From Eledone cirrhosa (Eukaryota): a DNA stretch of 64,000 nt. Positions within the stretch are counted from its first letter, which is position 1. Each line of letters opens with the position of its first letter. Positions 15,748 to 30,308 of this stretch are shown here, piece by piece. The notes beneath the pieces are model-generated. The model was not told the origin of the DNA and did not search any database. It saw only the letters and a program-made list of their open reading frames with translations. The translations under genes were made by a program, and so were the position numbers. The stretch lies in assembly GCA_964016885.1 (NCBI GenBank), contig OZ024755.1, forward strand, positions 16,678,001 to 16,742,000, read 5' to 3'.

Positions 15748-15836
15748 CATATATATATATACATATATATATATACATATATACATATATATATATACAT
15801 ATATACATATATATACATATATATATATACATATAC

Positions 15837-15867
<31 letters not shown>

Positions 15868-16002
15868 CATATATATACATACATATACATATATATATAC
15901 ATATATATATATACATATACATATACATATACATATATATATATACATATATATATACATATATATATATATATACATATATATATACATATATATATAT
16001 AC

Positions 16003-16033
<31 letters not shown>

Positions 16034-16279
16034 CATATATATATACATATACATATATATATATATATACATATATATATACATATACATATATATATAT
16101 ATATACATATATATATACATTATGTATATATATATATCCATATACGTACATATATATATATACATATACATACATATATACATATACATACATATATACA
16201 TATACATACATATATATATATACATACATATATATATATACATATATATACATATATATATACATATAGATACATATAC

Positions 16280-16331
<52 letters not shown>

Positions 16332-16362
16332 GTACATATGTATATATATATGTTTCTATATA

Positions 16363-16404
<42 letters not shown>

Positions 16405-16743
16405 AATATATATATACGTATATATATGTAAATATATACATATACATATATATATATACATGCATATATATATATATGTACAATGTACATATATACATAT
16501 ATATATGTACATATATATACATATATGTATATATGTATATATATACATATATGTATATATGTATATATATACATATATATGTACATATATATACATATAT
16601 GCTATATATATACATATATATGTACATATATATACATATATGTATATATATACATATATATGTACATATATATATGTACATATATATATGTATATATATA
16701 TGTACATATATACATATGCATATATATATGTACATATATACAT
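12793..16743. repeat. ~4-kb compound (TA/CA/TG)n array
   Basis: Direct reading. Source of all the YI-rich pseudo-ORFs. Confidence 0.97.
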
Positions 16744-16744
16744 T

Positions 16745-17861
16745 CGAGCTATCACCAGCACCACCCTCCACTATCACCCCACTGCACAAACTCCCATTGC
16801 TGCCATTAACAAACAAACAAATTAACAACACACCAAAACAATTAAAACCATCCACTCTCGCCTCTACATTTTTGCTTAACGCCAAGGCATCAGCCCTTCC
16901 ACCAATACTCAAAAATGGAAGATCAAATTCCTGGAGGACTGGATTGATGTCCATCCAAACCACATCCCTTTCTTCGTCCTCACTGAAACCCATCTCAGTA
17001 ACCTCCACTTGGAAGCCGAGGTGAAAGTGAAAAATTTCAAAGCCATCCGTGCTGATCGCGCTGGCAGAAGAAAGGGCGGAACTGCCATTTATGTCCATAA
17101 TTCTTTCTCAACAGAGGCTATGAACATATTCACTAATGGATACTGTGAGGCAGTCACTGTATTCAGTCAAACCAACAACCTATTAGTAGTTGGGCTCTAT
17201 AGGCCACCCCAAACGCCTGTACCATGCTTCAAGGAATGCCTCAACAGCATAAAGTGTTTCATCCAAGAGTGTCACCCTGACAACATCTTAATGATGGGGG
17301 ACTTCAACCTCCCCGGAGTTGACTGGTCCACAAACACCCTGCCACCAGGTTCTTCTGCCTCAACCTCTGACAGGGAAGCTGTGGAATCGCTTCTTGACTT
17401 CATGGATGATTTCTTCCTATCCCAACTAGTGCTCGAACCAACGAGGTGCCACAAAAACGTCCTAGACTTAATTTCAGCATCACAATCACATCAGACAATA
17501 TCCACAATATTGCAGTGGAGAAAACTCTACTCTCTGATCATGACATGGTTCTCTGTGATCTGAGATTCACCGTCCAATATACAAACCAATGTCATTTCTC
17601 CTGTCCATCCGTTTGACGCTATGGATTTCCACAATGCAAACTGGGAAGCGATCAGTCATGATCTTGCACATGTCGACTGGTCCTTCACGCACACTCATAC
17701 ACCCACTAACATCAAAAAGTCCTGGCAGACATTTGTGGACACTGTTACAAACATATGTGCTAAACACACCCCATTAAGAACTATAAACAAATCTAAGAGC
17801 AGAATCCCTAGAAATAGAAAAACGCTCATCAGAAAAATTAAGAGAACGAACAAAAAAATCA
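16745..17861 (+). mobile_element. Non-LTR retrotransposon ORF2 fragment (apurinic-like endonuclease domain), frameshifted, cut by the assembly gap
   Basis: APE motifs LNA, TETHL, R.DR...GGTAIYV, GLYRPP, GDFNLP.VDW, PTR...LDL and SDH, spread over different reading frames. Confidence 0.85.
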
Positions 17862-18061
17862 NNNNNNNNNNNNNNNNNNNNNNNNNNNNNNNNNNNNNNN
17901 NNNNNNNNNNNNNNNNNNNNNNNNNNNNNNNNNNNNNNNNNNNNNNNNNNNNNNNNNNNNNNNNNNNNNNNNNNNNNNNNNNNNNNNNNNNNNNNNNNNN
18001 NNNNNNNNNNNNNNNNNNNNNNNNNNNNNNNNNNNNNNNNNNNNNNNNNNNNNNNNNNNNN
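17862..18061. other. Assembly gap (200 N)
   Basis: Run of N. Confidence 1.
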
Positions 18062-19718
18062 TGATATCCTCCCAAGGTCTGTAGTTTCTTTATTGGAATG
18101 AGACCACAAGTGCCTCAACAAATCAATCAGCACTTTTATCATTTACATCGTTGAAAACCTTAGGTCAGTCATGGGCAAACTGCAGCCTATTTGGTTTTCT
18201 GAATGGAGCACCTAATTTGAAAATTGCCTTGAATTCTTTAGTAGTGTGTCCCGCCTTATGATCAGCCACATCCTATGTGGCCCACTGCTTGAAAAAAGGT
18301 TGCCATTGCCTGCCTTAGATTTTGATTTCCCTTTAGTTATGACCTGGTATTGTCTTTTGTCACCTGTGGAAAAGTCCATACTGCCTTTTGTCATTTGTGC
18401 TCACATTGATCATGCAGCAATACTGTTTTAATGCACTTATTAAAACCTTGCTTGTGTTGCATTGCCTACATGTTGCCAAATTAGGTTCCAATGATGTGTA
18501 CCCACCCACGCTGCATCACCTCAGTTCCACTATTTAAGATTAGCAGAGCATAGTAGTACATCATGCACTGGCCCCAGAAAGAATTGCTCTACAGCTCGCT
18601 TTATTTTCCTCAAGAAGTCGAGCTTACTCTGTGGAGGACATTTGTTTTTATGTGTTTAGATTATTGTTTTAGATATGGAATGGACCACCCAACAGTTTCG
18701 AATATAAGTGTTCCAGTTATTCAAGCAATGGAGACAGTTTTCTTCACAAAATTAACTTGTAAGTGGCTGAGCATTCCACAGACATGTGTACTCCTAATGT
18801 AATTTTCACAGATATCCAGCATGATACATGGTACAGTGTGTCATAAGTCTGGCCATTTGAATTACAGGTACAATCCATCAGACAGACTTCCAAACACTTT
18901 ACATCTACCCAATTTCATTCATAAGGCATGGGTTGACATAAGGTTAAATTTACCTTTCATTCTTCTGAGGTCGATAAAATAAAATACTCCCCAAGTACTG
19001 GCTCAATATAATCAACTGTCCTCTCTCCACAAATTGTTGGTCAAGGGCTTAAATTAGAATCATATTTCCAATGGAGGAAACTGCCTATTATTTGGAAAAT
19101 AATCAAGAATTTTGATAGATTTAGTAATATAATTAACTTCCTTAATATTAAGTTGGTGTTAGGAACATAAAGGTTCTTAGATCGAATTATGATTTAAGGG
19201 TTTTTACATGAGTGGACACTATCAAAACAAATGGCTTTGTATCACAGACCTAGAGGCAGTTTCAGATGGTTTGATATCAAAAAGTTTAAAGTTCTCTATG
19301 CTCTGAAGTCAACTTTGCTTTTCATTCTTTCAGGATCAATGCCAGTCTAGTACTGGGGTTAAATTCTTCTTTCTCTCATTCTCTCTTCTCCTTTTTCTCT
19401 ATTTTACTTGGAAAGAAATGAACTGGTATTAGACCTGGAGAGGAATGAGTTCTATCCAGTTTAAAGGGTCAAGATATTCCATGCCATGACAGTGACCTTT
19501 CAATTCCACCAGGAGTTGAAGGCTTAAGAAAGCAATATAAACACCTATAATATATTTTGTATGATTCTTGTTGATATATTTTGTATGATTCTGTATGATA
19601 TGTGGGCCCCCAGTCTGTTCGAGAGATCTGTAGCTCTGCTTGAGTACTCTCTTGTTTTGTGATGACCTGTCCAACACTTGCTGTCGGCTAGAACACCTCA
19701 TAGAGTAGTATATGTATG

Positions 19719-19755
<37 letters not shown>

Positions 19756-19870
19756 CACACACACACACATATATCATGATCACCATCACCGTTTAACAGT
19801 CATATTCCAAGCTTGCATGAGTTAGACAGGCTGTCATGTTGAGACTAGACAGGTCAGGTGACCACATCAT

Positions 19871-19922
<52 letters not shown>

Positions 19923-20634
19923 TTATGTAATAAACAACATAAGGCAATTATTTCATTTACCAGTGGTTTCTTAAAAGCAAAAAAATTTTGCTTTCAATCA
20001 TCAGAATGAAAAAATCGTGGTGTATTTATTGACGTTGGATTTTAAGAAACCACTGGTAAATGAAATAATTGCCTTATGTTATTTATTACATAACTATTAA
20101 GCTCTGTTACCTACATAGAGCACTCTTTTTTCCTGGACTTTTCCGATGGAATTACTTCATTCACACATATATATATAATTTAAAAAAAGGTGGGTGAAAC
20201 AATGGAAAAATGGACTAAACACAGGACAGTCAGGTCAACTGATGAGAAGGGACTGTCCTGTGTTTATTTCATTTGTCTGTTGTCTTCGGCCACTTTTTAA
20301 AAATTAATTTTATAAAATCTTAACTGCGTGGGACATTCTTTCAAATATATATATATATGTGTGTGTGAGTGTAAATTTGAATATATATATATATATATTA
20401 TATAGATTTATTTGTTCATAATTATTTAATTATAAACGTTCTCAGGTATTTAATAAAAAAAATGCCATTGTGTTTGTTATGAGGACAAAAGAAAACTAAC
20501 AATTCATTTGACCACAATAACATTTTATTTCAAGGAGAGAAAATATAAAAAAAATATAAAACTTCTTTACCATAAAGAACAAAGAAACAAAAATGAAGAA
20601 AACAAACATAGCAAGGTTGTCTACTGTATCAAAT

Positions 20635-20895
20635 CATGTCAAGGGGTCAACAACAAAGCTGGCCAATGAAGTATTTTCTGTGGGTCATTTATGTCAAGGG
20701 GTCAACAACAAAGGCATGGCTATTGAAATATTTTCTGTGGGTCATTTGTCAAGGGGTCAAGAACAAAGACATGGCCAATGAAGTATTTTCTGTGGGTCAT
20801 TTATGTCAAGGGGTCAAGAACAAAGACATGGCCAATGAAGTATTTTCTATGGGTCATTTATGTCAAGGGGTCAACAACAAAGACACGGTCATGAA
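20635..20895. repeat. ~59-bp tandem repeat (~4.5 units)
   Basis: TGTCAAGGGGTCAACAACAAAGACATGGCCAATGAAGTATTTTCTGTGGGTCATTTA units. Confidence 0.9.
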
Positions 20896-23800
20896 AATAT
20901 TAACTGTGAGCCTGAGACCTTTTCAAATTTTAATCTATAAAATATTATATAATACATGTGTGTGGGCCATTACTAAAAAGAGTTGTTAATCCCTGATCTA
21001 TGTGATACAGTGAATGTTTAACAAAGAAATTATTTGCATTCAATCTAAATTTCTTATTTTGCCTTATATATTTTCTCTATGTTCTCTTGTTATGTGCAGT
21101 TAACACAATCAATTGGTTTATTTCTATCCAACCATCTCTCTCCTTTTGTTTGTGATGTTATATATTATTATTGTGTTAAATAAGGGTGGTGGATTGGCAG
21201 TATCAGTAGAGCGTCGGACACCATGCTTCACAGCATAGAGTTACGGCTCTTTACGTTCTGAGTTCAAATTCTGCCGAGGTTATAGCTTTGCCTTTCATCC
21301 TTATGGGGTCGATAAAATAAAGCACCAGTAACACACTGGGGTCGATTTAATCGACTTCCCCCTCCCCCAAAATTGTTGGCCTTGTGCTTAAATCAGAAAC
21401 TGTTGTGTTAAAAATGAAATTATATTTCTTCAAATAACTTACCTATATAGTTATGAAAAAATGTAAGTCATTGATTTTTTCATTATTACTATTTTTAATA
21501 ATAAACGCAATTTATATTCAAAATATTATATAAATAAACACTTTTTTTCTTTCCCTTTTTAAAATATAAATTGTGTTTATTTGTTTACTTCAAAATTCAC
21601 TGGGGTAGAAGTAAATGATATAAAAATATATACTAAGTAATTTGAAATGAAAAATTGAATGTAAATTGGTTGAATTTTATCAAAATATTAAACATTTTAT
21701 TCATTTTTTTTTATAAAGTCTAACAATTCTTCAAATTTAATTTTTTTTCATTTTTAGCCATATAAAATGTTCTAACCAAGCACAATATTACCAATGTGAA
21801 AGAATTACTTTCCAGCTAGTAATTTAAAACTCTAGTTTTCCCAATGCAGATAACTATAATAATAGATAACCTTAGACCAATTGTCCATCCTAACAGCTTA
21901 GTACTAGCTAATCATTTAAATAATAGTTGAAAAGAATCGGGTAAAGTACCTCTAGAGATAGAAAAAAAGTGGAGTGTGCAGTCTCTATTATTCATAATAA
22001 CCAGTGGGTGGGGGATTGGCAGTATTGGTAGAGCGTCAGTCACCATGCTTCGTGGCATAGAGTCAAATCCCTTTATGCTCTGATTCAAAATCTCACCAAG
22101 GTTTGCTTTGCCTTACATCATTATGTGGTCAATAAAAAACAAAGTACCAGTAATGCAGTGGGGATTATTTGAGCCCCCCCCCCCCAATGGTTGGCCTTGT
22201 GCCTAAATCAAACCATTGTTACATATGTTACTCAGTCTGGCATGGGTTGCATGGATCGTCACTACGAGTCATTTATTCCCCTATCTGGTGCTACTGCCCT
22301 CCAAATCTTTCTCATACACTCCATTTTGGAGCATAACTCATATATCTAGATGCCTTTCCTAATACCAACAACTTTACAAAATTGTTGGCCTTGTGCTTAA
22401 ATCAGAAACCATTATTTATAATTATCAGCTATTATAGTTTTCTGTGTTGGGACAACTACATTTTCAAATTTCCCAACAGTGTAAATCAACTAACCAGTTG
22501 TTTTTTTTTTATTATTAGCATACACTGATTTATTAAGACTAGTGTTCTCATCTTAGTTGTTATAGTCACATTTCAGCCAGTGTGCTCTGTAGGCTTCTTT
22601 CTGTGCCTGTCATGTAGTCAGAAATGGACAACAGAATGAGAACTATCTACCCATGTGATATATATATAGGGGGGTTGGTTTGGTTTGGACTTCTAAAAAT
22701 TCTACCAAATAAGCCAGGCACCTGAAGAAGCTGTGAGGATACAACAGTTGAAATGTTATGACTATAACAACCTTAATGATGACATAGTTTAAAGAAACCA
22801 GTTTATAAATAAACATAATTCTTATTTCAAGAAATTAAAAAAAAAAAAGCATTTAACCCTTTTGTGATTGTATTCCTAATGAAATACACACAACTATTCC
22901 TATTTATTAACCCTTTAGCATTTAAACCAGCTGTATCCAGACAGAGTTCTCTCACCTCTTTCTGTTCAAACCGGTTGTAACCAGCTGCTCATACTGATGT
23001 TAAGGTATTGTTCTCCAAATAAATAACATCAAAATCTCATAGCTTTGATATTATGTCAGGTAATTGTGAGATAAAGCCTTTACCGTGAAAATACAATAGT
23101 AAATATAGAGTAATTGTAAATGGTAAAGGGTTAAGGAAGAATTTTGAAGGATTTACTAAGATTATTAATTATTTTATTATTAAGGTAGTAACTTTACATA
23201 TGATTCTTATATGATGGTAGGCTGAAAGTTCAGAGGCTGCTTATGAAGGAGTGATGTTAGAGCTGTGAAATCTTGCATGCATTAATTTCAACTCTTCTTA
23301 TTAATAACTACATTGTTTCTTTTCTAGGAACTATGTTGGAAAAATATCTCATTTGATCATTCCATGAGAGTATCTTGGTCAACTTATGAACTTTTCAACT
23401 GACCTTTGTATAAAATTGTTGGAATATTATAATTTAAATAGGAATCTTTTAAAATGAGTGGGCTTTTATCATAGAAGCAGAGCCAGCTTTTGGGAGGGGT
23501 TGGTATCAAACAGGTTAAGGATAAAATAAGAAATGAGACAAGTTACTGATATTGTTATGATATATTTCAGTTATATAAAAAGGAATTTACTGCTCAATTT
23601 GAATAAACTAATTTGATTGATTTTTATCTAACCTTTTAATTCTTATGAAAAAAATATATTTATTTTTACTTTTTCTTCTAGGAAAAAAGCAAAATAATAT
23701 TTACTAATTTAATAATTGAGTCAAAAAGAAAAAAAATTATTCTTTTCGTCTCTTTTTACTTTTGTTGTTTTATACATAAATAAAGTTGTCTACTGACTTG

Positions 23801-23949
23801 TTCAAATTATATTCTTGGATGTATTTCTTGTGGAAGGTGCGTGGCATGTTGGTTAGGGTGTTGGACTCCCAACCTAAAGGTTGTGGGTTCGATTCCTGGC
23901 AGGTGGCACGTTGTGCTCTCGAGCAAAGTACTTTGTTTCAGGTTACAAC

Positions 23950-24271
23950 TACTCTCGGGTCCCAAATAATAGTGGGGTGTGTGGAATAAGCAGTGGTTGG
24001 GGTTTGGAGAATTGGTAATTTTTCTAGGTTGTCTCTGTTGATTTTTTTTTTTAAAAACCAGAATTAGTTTAGTTTACATATTAAGACCCCAACCCATCCG
24101 AAAGTATGGGATTTCTATTAATATACTTTTGTGGTCATGTATAATGTTTCTTAATGTATAAAGAAACATTTTGCCAGAGGTAGTTTAGCAAACTTTAATA
24201 AGTGGAAGGAGGGGAATCTGAAAAAATTAAGCGGTTAGGGGAGGCGGGGCATTATTTGAGACCCGAGAGTA
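23950..24271. mobile_element. TA-flanked MITE inserted next to or into a tRNA-SINE
   Basis: TIRs TACTCTCGGGTC(C/T)CAAATAAT at both ends. A SINE head lies at ~23835-23945. Confidence 0.65.
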
Positions 24272-26316
24272 ACTGACAAGCACCAGCTATGAACCATTCT
24301 TTCCTTGGTTTAATCAACACTTTTCCTTTTTTGTTACTTTGTTAGTGAAAAGCGAGTTGACATATCAAGGGAAGTAATACAATAATGATTTGCGTTTGAG
24401 ATTTTTATTGATTCTATTTATTACAAATGTTTTCCCTGTGTCATTCAATAAAAAAAAATCCAAAAAACTATTATCATTTTTTTTATATGAATAAATTATC
24501 TCTCTAAAGCATTTTTTGTTTTATTTAATGTCTATTTTCCATGCTTGCATGGATTAGATAGGCTATCATGTTCTGAGATTAAATCAGTCAAGTGACCACA
24601 TCTTGTTCATTCCATTTTAGGAAGGTTTTCTACTGCTGGGTGCCCTTCCTAATATCGACCACTTTACAGCATGTATTAGGAGCTTTTTTTTTTTGTCATG
24701 ACAACAGCACAACTACCTTATAGGGTGAGCTGTGTGCCTTTGTCGTGGCACTGGCACTACTATGTTACAAGCTAGACAAGGTCAATTGGGGATGGCAGCT
24801 TCTGGCAGGACATGCTGGAATATGTTTTTGAGGACTCTACTCCCAAGATCCTGTCACAGTCAGCTTTGCATTTCATTCTTCAAGACCCCTCCCCCACAAC
24901 CCATGCAATGAAGCATTTTGTCCAATGCTCTACCAAACTGCCTATCAACCACCCTTACTTAAGACATATACCAGTAAAAAAAAAAAAATATTTACAACAG
25001 TAATAAGTACATTTATTTTTCATAAGACATAATCAGATTCTTCATCTGTACATTGAATCTTTATATTTTACAAGGTATAATCTGTATGTAAAATATAGCA
25101 TAGGATAGTTTTATTTCATTCAATTTATATAAATCTAGCATGATTTTATTGAAAATATTTCACAACCTAATATTTTGGTAAAATCAAAAACATACAAAAG
25201 TCTTTAACCTTTTCATTACTATATTTCAAATGAAATACACTATGATTTTCAATTAATTTTGAAAATAATCAATTTTTAGGAATTTAGTAATATAACTAAC
25301 TCCAGCCACCCCTTGCTGTGGTGTGTATGCCATTTCCCACATTTTTAAATCTATTTTTTTAAATATATATTGTTTACTAACTTTATTATGTTTAGTTATT
25401 ACTTGAAATATAAATTAACAAAAATTTCTTACATAAAATTAAGATGGAAGGTATTTTAGATAAATATGAAAACATTAAACAAACAGCTTTATTTCAGAGA
25501 ATCAGGGGTGGTTTCAGGACAGGTCCTGTAAGAAGCAACCATCTCCAATTGATTCGGCTGGATTCCCAAGTGAGACCAGCCGAGCTCATTGATATTATCC
25601 AACCATCTTGTGTGGGGTCTGACCCTGGTTGTCCTGCTAGTTGGTTTTGCCCATAAAATCTGTCCAGTGATTCTTTTCCGAGACATTCTAACCAAATGCC
25701 TGTGATCTCTCAATTTGTAGCAATTCTCTGATCTCTAAGCAACAAACTCTATCGAGTAACATTACTCCAAAGTCTTTCGGAGGAACATTACTTTATACTC
25801 ATCACAGTAAATCCTAGGATGATACAAACTTACTAATATTTGCCTAAATTCAACCCCATCTATTTTTAAGCAAATATTTTATAGTGAGTCCCACTAAGAC
25901 AACACAACAACTGGTCACCAAAATAAGCCTTTTAAAAATGCATTTAATAGCTCACTGAAGGACTTAACAATTCATCATCATCACTGCAACCACAGTTGAA
26001 TATTCCTCACAAAGTCTCTCTACTGAGGTTTGTATTGTCTGAGAGTTAAAACATGCATCAATGAATGTTCGAGCAGGTCTTCCTCTACTGCATCACCTGT
26101 AAATTGATTCCTGCAATAGTATCTTGTGTATAACTTCTTGCTTCTCCTGCAACTCATAACCATCTTTGAGCAATTGTAGTTGTTATTTTGGGCAAGTTTT
26201 CATATAAACTTTCATTTGTAATATGTTGAAAAATGGAGGTTAAAATGATGATGATGGAGGGTGTAAAAACAACCTAAAATAAAGATTAATTAAGAATTAT
26301 ATAATTCTCCATCCTC

Positions 26317-29300
26317 TTATATTGATCTAGAGACATTTGAATAAAATGGAAGACTGACAACATTGCTTAAATAACCACATACAGTAGAACAGAGTTTAAG
26401 AGCTTTCTGTAAAGTATCAGTACTATTATCTTGAAAATTCACTTCTTCAAACTGGTTATTTTCATTAGTGTTAAGAAGTCTATTAATCCAGTTTTGTAAG
26501 TTGCGGAGAGGCCCGAGTTGTTTTCTTAACTTTTGGTTCTCAAGCCTCAACTTTTGACATTTTCTCTTTTCTTCTTTCAATTTTCTATGTAAATTTTCCA
26601 TTGATATAAATTTAGAGTTAATTCTGTTTTTAGGTAACAGTTTGTCTCTTTTTTGCATAATATTTGGACTGATTCTTTCGTGGAACTTAGTTGTGACAAT
26701 CGGAGTTGGTGATGCTAGATTGAAAATAAGAGAAAATAATAGTTAATATAATAATATATAAGTAATTAGAATAGTTCATTTAATTAATCAGAAAAGAATG
26801 GGTAGTTTTCATGGATCCCCACGTGTGGCTAATATTTTTCAGGCTTTCCTGGGTGCGTGCATGGTACTACAACTTGTGAGGGAGTCGTAAGGGTGCTGTA
26901 TTGACATATGACGATTCTAGGGCATTTCAAAACCTGGCAGAGCCAAATCCTCTCCAGGTCTAAATACAGCAGATTTCTTCCATAGAAGGATAGAGAGAGT
27001 GAGAGAATGGAAGTGAAGAAGAGATATAAAGGAAAAAATCGACCCCAGTACTGCTGATACTTTTTTTTTTTTATCAACCTCAAAAGGATGAAAGACACAG
27101 TTTACCTTACCCCAAGGGTGAATGTCACTAATATTTAGTTTGAACTTGTATACGTCAATGTCTTCATGAAATACAATGGGGTGGGGGGAGTTTTAGAGAG
27201 TTAGAAATCTGTGGAAGAAAAATTAGGCAAATTATTTCAAAGTAGGATCTGGGAATGAGACTCAGTAAGGAATGATCAATAAGATAAGAAATGGATATGA
27301 CATTGGGTAGACTAGAGTGGAATGGGTAAACAATTAGTTGTGAGGAAATGGAACCATTGCAGTAACAGCAGAAGAGGCAAAGAGAAGTAAAATAATCATA
27401 AATCCATGTGTTACCTGCTTCAGACATTGATGTAAAACACTGTCTAATATCTCCTGTATCAACACTATCATTAAATGAATCATTACTCTCTGGGTTCTGA
27501 GATCCTCTTACAAGCCTATGGCACTCTAAATTCTGCTGCTTGCTGATATTCTCATTTGGTTCAGATGTTTGTAACTGCGAATCATTTGATAAATGGAAAT
27601 AATAAGAAGAATGTTTAGATTCGATTTCATTGACAAGAACGCCTGGTGTAGTTATAGATGATTCCAATATGGAAGTCTCGACTTTTGTTGTGATGTTAGA
27701 TTCAGGAGGATACTGTAAACCTTGGTTGTAAGTTGAATTATTGGAATGTGGAGAAATATTAGTAGTTGGACTGAAATGAGTTTTTAATGTGTCTTTCTTT
27801 ATGCCGACATCTGGTTGATCAGAGACTCTCTGAAACTGGAGATTCTCTTCAGCTTTAGAAGTATTTGATTTAATTTCAATATCTTTCATCAATGTAGGGT
27901 TGCTTGGATAATTTCTGGGTTCTTTCAGATCATGGGACAATAATGCAGAAAGGTTTCCAAGATGGCGAGGAGGATACATATCTGATGTTTCTGCTTGTTC
28001 TTGTATCATTGAACCTTGAATATTTTCATCAGCTAATTTAACGGTAAGAAATTTGGAAGATGAAAAATGTGAAGCGGCCATGTTCCCACGTTCATCAGTG
28101 TCTCTATCTGAGTTTGGAGGAGAATCTTCAACATACTCAATTTTAATTTCTCCAGGTTGTAAAAGAGGCTGTAAATTTATGTTAGAGGAGGAGGATGCGG
28201 ATTCAGTATGTAGAGGGCGTTGTGAAGGAACTGGCAACATAGAAGCAACAGTTTCATTGGCTGAAAGAGAAAGATTTGGGTGATGAATAGACTCAATTCT
28301 TTTGGAAGGAAATGTTAAGGAATCATTACAACTTGAGGTTTGGGGTTTCCTGTGGTAGCTGTACTGGATTTGATTTGAAAGCTGAGAGAAGTTAGTCTGT
28401 TCATCTATATACGAAGTAATAGGGAGGGAATGAATTGTTTTCTCAGTCTGTTTCTTTTGAAAGAAATTCATATCAATGATATTGTGACTGCTTGTGGCAT
28501 TGAAGATGTTTGTAGAAATACTTGTATGTGTTGACAGTGCTCGTAGTTGTTGGTTTCTTTGTTCAACGTTTGACAAACACAATATCGGATTGAACTCGCC
28601 GACAATTTTCTTATGGCGCCGGGGTCGGTTAGAATGAAGGGAAGTTAAATTAGACTGACAAATGGCTCCAGACTGCATATCAAACAGTGTAGGAATAGCA
28701 CCTGGTTTCAAACACCTGCAAGGACCTTCAGGTGTGTGTTTGTATTCAAATTGGCTCTCATCAAAATGTACCTGCAGAAATAAATGAATAATTTTAAAAG
28801 GAAATACATGTAGCAGTAGTATATTAAGATGACGAAGTAGGTATCATACCTAATTCATAATCATAGCTCAAGACAAAAACACTGCATTTATAATATCAAA
28901 TGTTAATTACAAGATGATAAAAAGTCTAAATAGGGAAAACAAAGACAAACGCATTAATTTCAACTTTTCTTATTAATAGCTGCATTGTTTCTTTTTAGAG
29001 ACTATGTTAAAAATAAAACTCATTTGATCATTCCATGAGAGTATCTTGGTAAGCCTATGAACTTTTCAGCCTACCCTCGTATATATGATTTATAAATGTC
29101 AAAACGATGTTTATTCTGTTGAAGTAGGTCACTAAACAGAGTTATCTGGAGCCAAAAGCAGATTTTACAGGTAAATGTATTTCTATAGATACACAAATAA
29201 AAATAAAATCCCTATTTAGATCTTTAATCAGTAATGACCCAATAGAATTAAAACAAAGCGATATTATATGGAGAAGAAAAAAGCCCTCGATAATTCATTC

Positions 29301-30308
29301 TATTTAAATATTTATATTTAGACTTAATTTAATTTAAATGCGTCCGTCATGAGTTATCTCCTCTTGATACATTTTTTTTCTGCCAATGTTTATATTAAAC
29401 ATTGACAATCAATACTTCGATGAGGTATTGATGTATTTCCTTCAACAACACATATATTTATTTTTCATCCAAACGTTATAATTATTTGTTAGAGCTTGTT
29501 GTCAAAACATTAGTTACTTTATAACGCTTTCTAATAATGTAAAACGTAAAAAGAAAACATCGAATTCTTAAAATTGTTAATCAACTAAAAAGGTAATGAA
29601 AAGAACTAAGTTTTTTTAACATCTAGAGATGAAGATTATTAGACTATTAAAAAAAAAACGATATAAAAGCTCGAAAATACTGTTGTTTCTTTATTCCAGT
29701 CCTTTTGTTAGTTTTCTTTAATAAATAAACTGTCAAACTATATTATAGTATTGTTTTGTTGTTATTTTTCGTAAGAATTTTGCACTGATACTTCAAGCGA
29801 TTTAATAATGTTTCTAAGTTAAGTGTTTAGCGCATGTCTCCTCAACTATCATCACTCCCAAAGATCACCAATCAAATCTGATCGATAATTAGCTAAAGCA
29901 TGTACACACCCACACACCACAAACAAAACACAACACGTGTACGCCAGGAGAAAATAAACATTTGACAAGATTTCTGAGAAAAAGAAAAAAAAATGGTTCA
30001 AATAGAAAAACACCTTTGAAGACTAATAGAAATATTATTGCCATTGGCGCAAGTAAATCGATGAAGTCATTTCTTTTTATTACAGACAAATAATACAAAC
30101 CGTAACGAAGCAAAAATAATAAAAAAAAAAAGGTTACCTCACAAATTCTACAATTTCTAACATTGGCCGGTGGGTTCCAATTCCAATCTGCTCTTTTAAC
30201 ATTATTTATCCAAATCTGTCTAATCGAAGGATCGGCAGGAAATCGTTTCATTTTATAACCACCTTTAGCAGCTCTGTTCGAGCAGTTTGGAGCCGAACAG
30301 CCCACCAT
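26317..30308 (-). CDS. THAP-domain (C2CH zinc finger) protein, 3 coding exons, ~641 aa
   Basis: Exon 30308-30138 encodes MVGCSAPNC..RFP..W..CE. Exon 28771-27415 starts VHF..LKPGAIPTLF and continues as a long S/N/Q-rich linker. Exon 26714-26317 encodes a coiled coil (LHRKLKEEKRKCQKLRLENQKLRKQL). Splice sites are canonical with matching phases (0, 1). The THAP signature C-x4-C...C-x-x-H-F...A(V/I)PT is split across intron 1. Confidence 0.88.

Noticed and set aside
12741-17098. Very long YI/YM-rich ORFs (up to 1146 aa)
   Set aside because: Translations of the TA/CA/TG array, which lacks stop codons by composition.
20635-20895. ORFs 20593/20636 as a repeat protein
   Set aside because: The 58-60-bp units shift frame and there is no splice or homology support.
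21185-21400. tRNA gene
   Set aside because: A/B-box-like head of a multicopy SINE with no full cloverleaf. The same applies at ~23835.
26020-26275. Extra THAP coding exon
   Set aside because: Lies after the stop, all frames close quickly, and it contains an RTE remnant (RGRPARTFID).
27164-27414. C-terminal hydrophobic part of the 515-aa ORF
   Set aside because: Read-through into the intron past the donor at 27415/27414.
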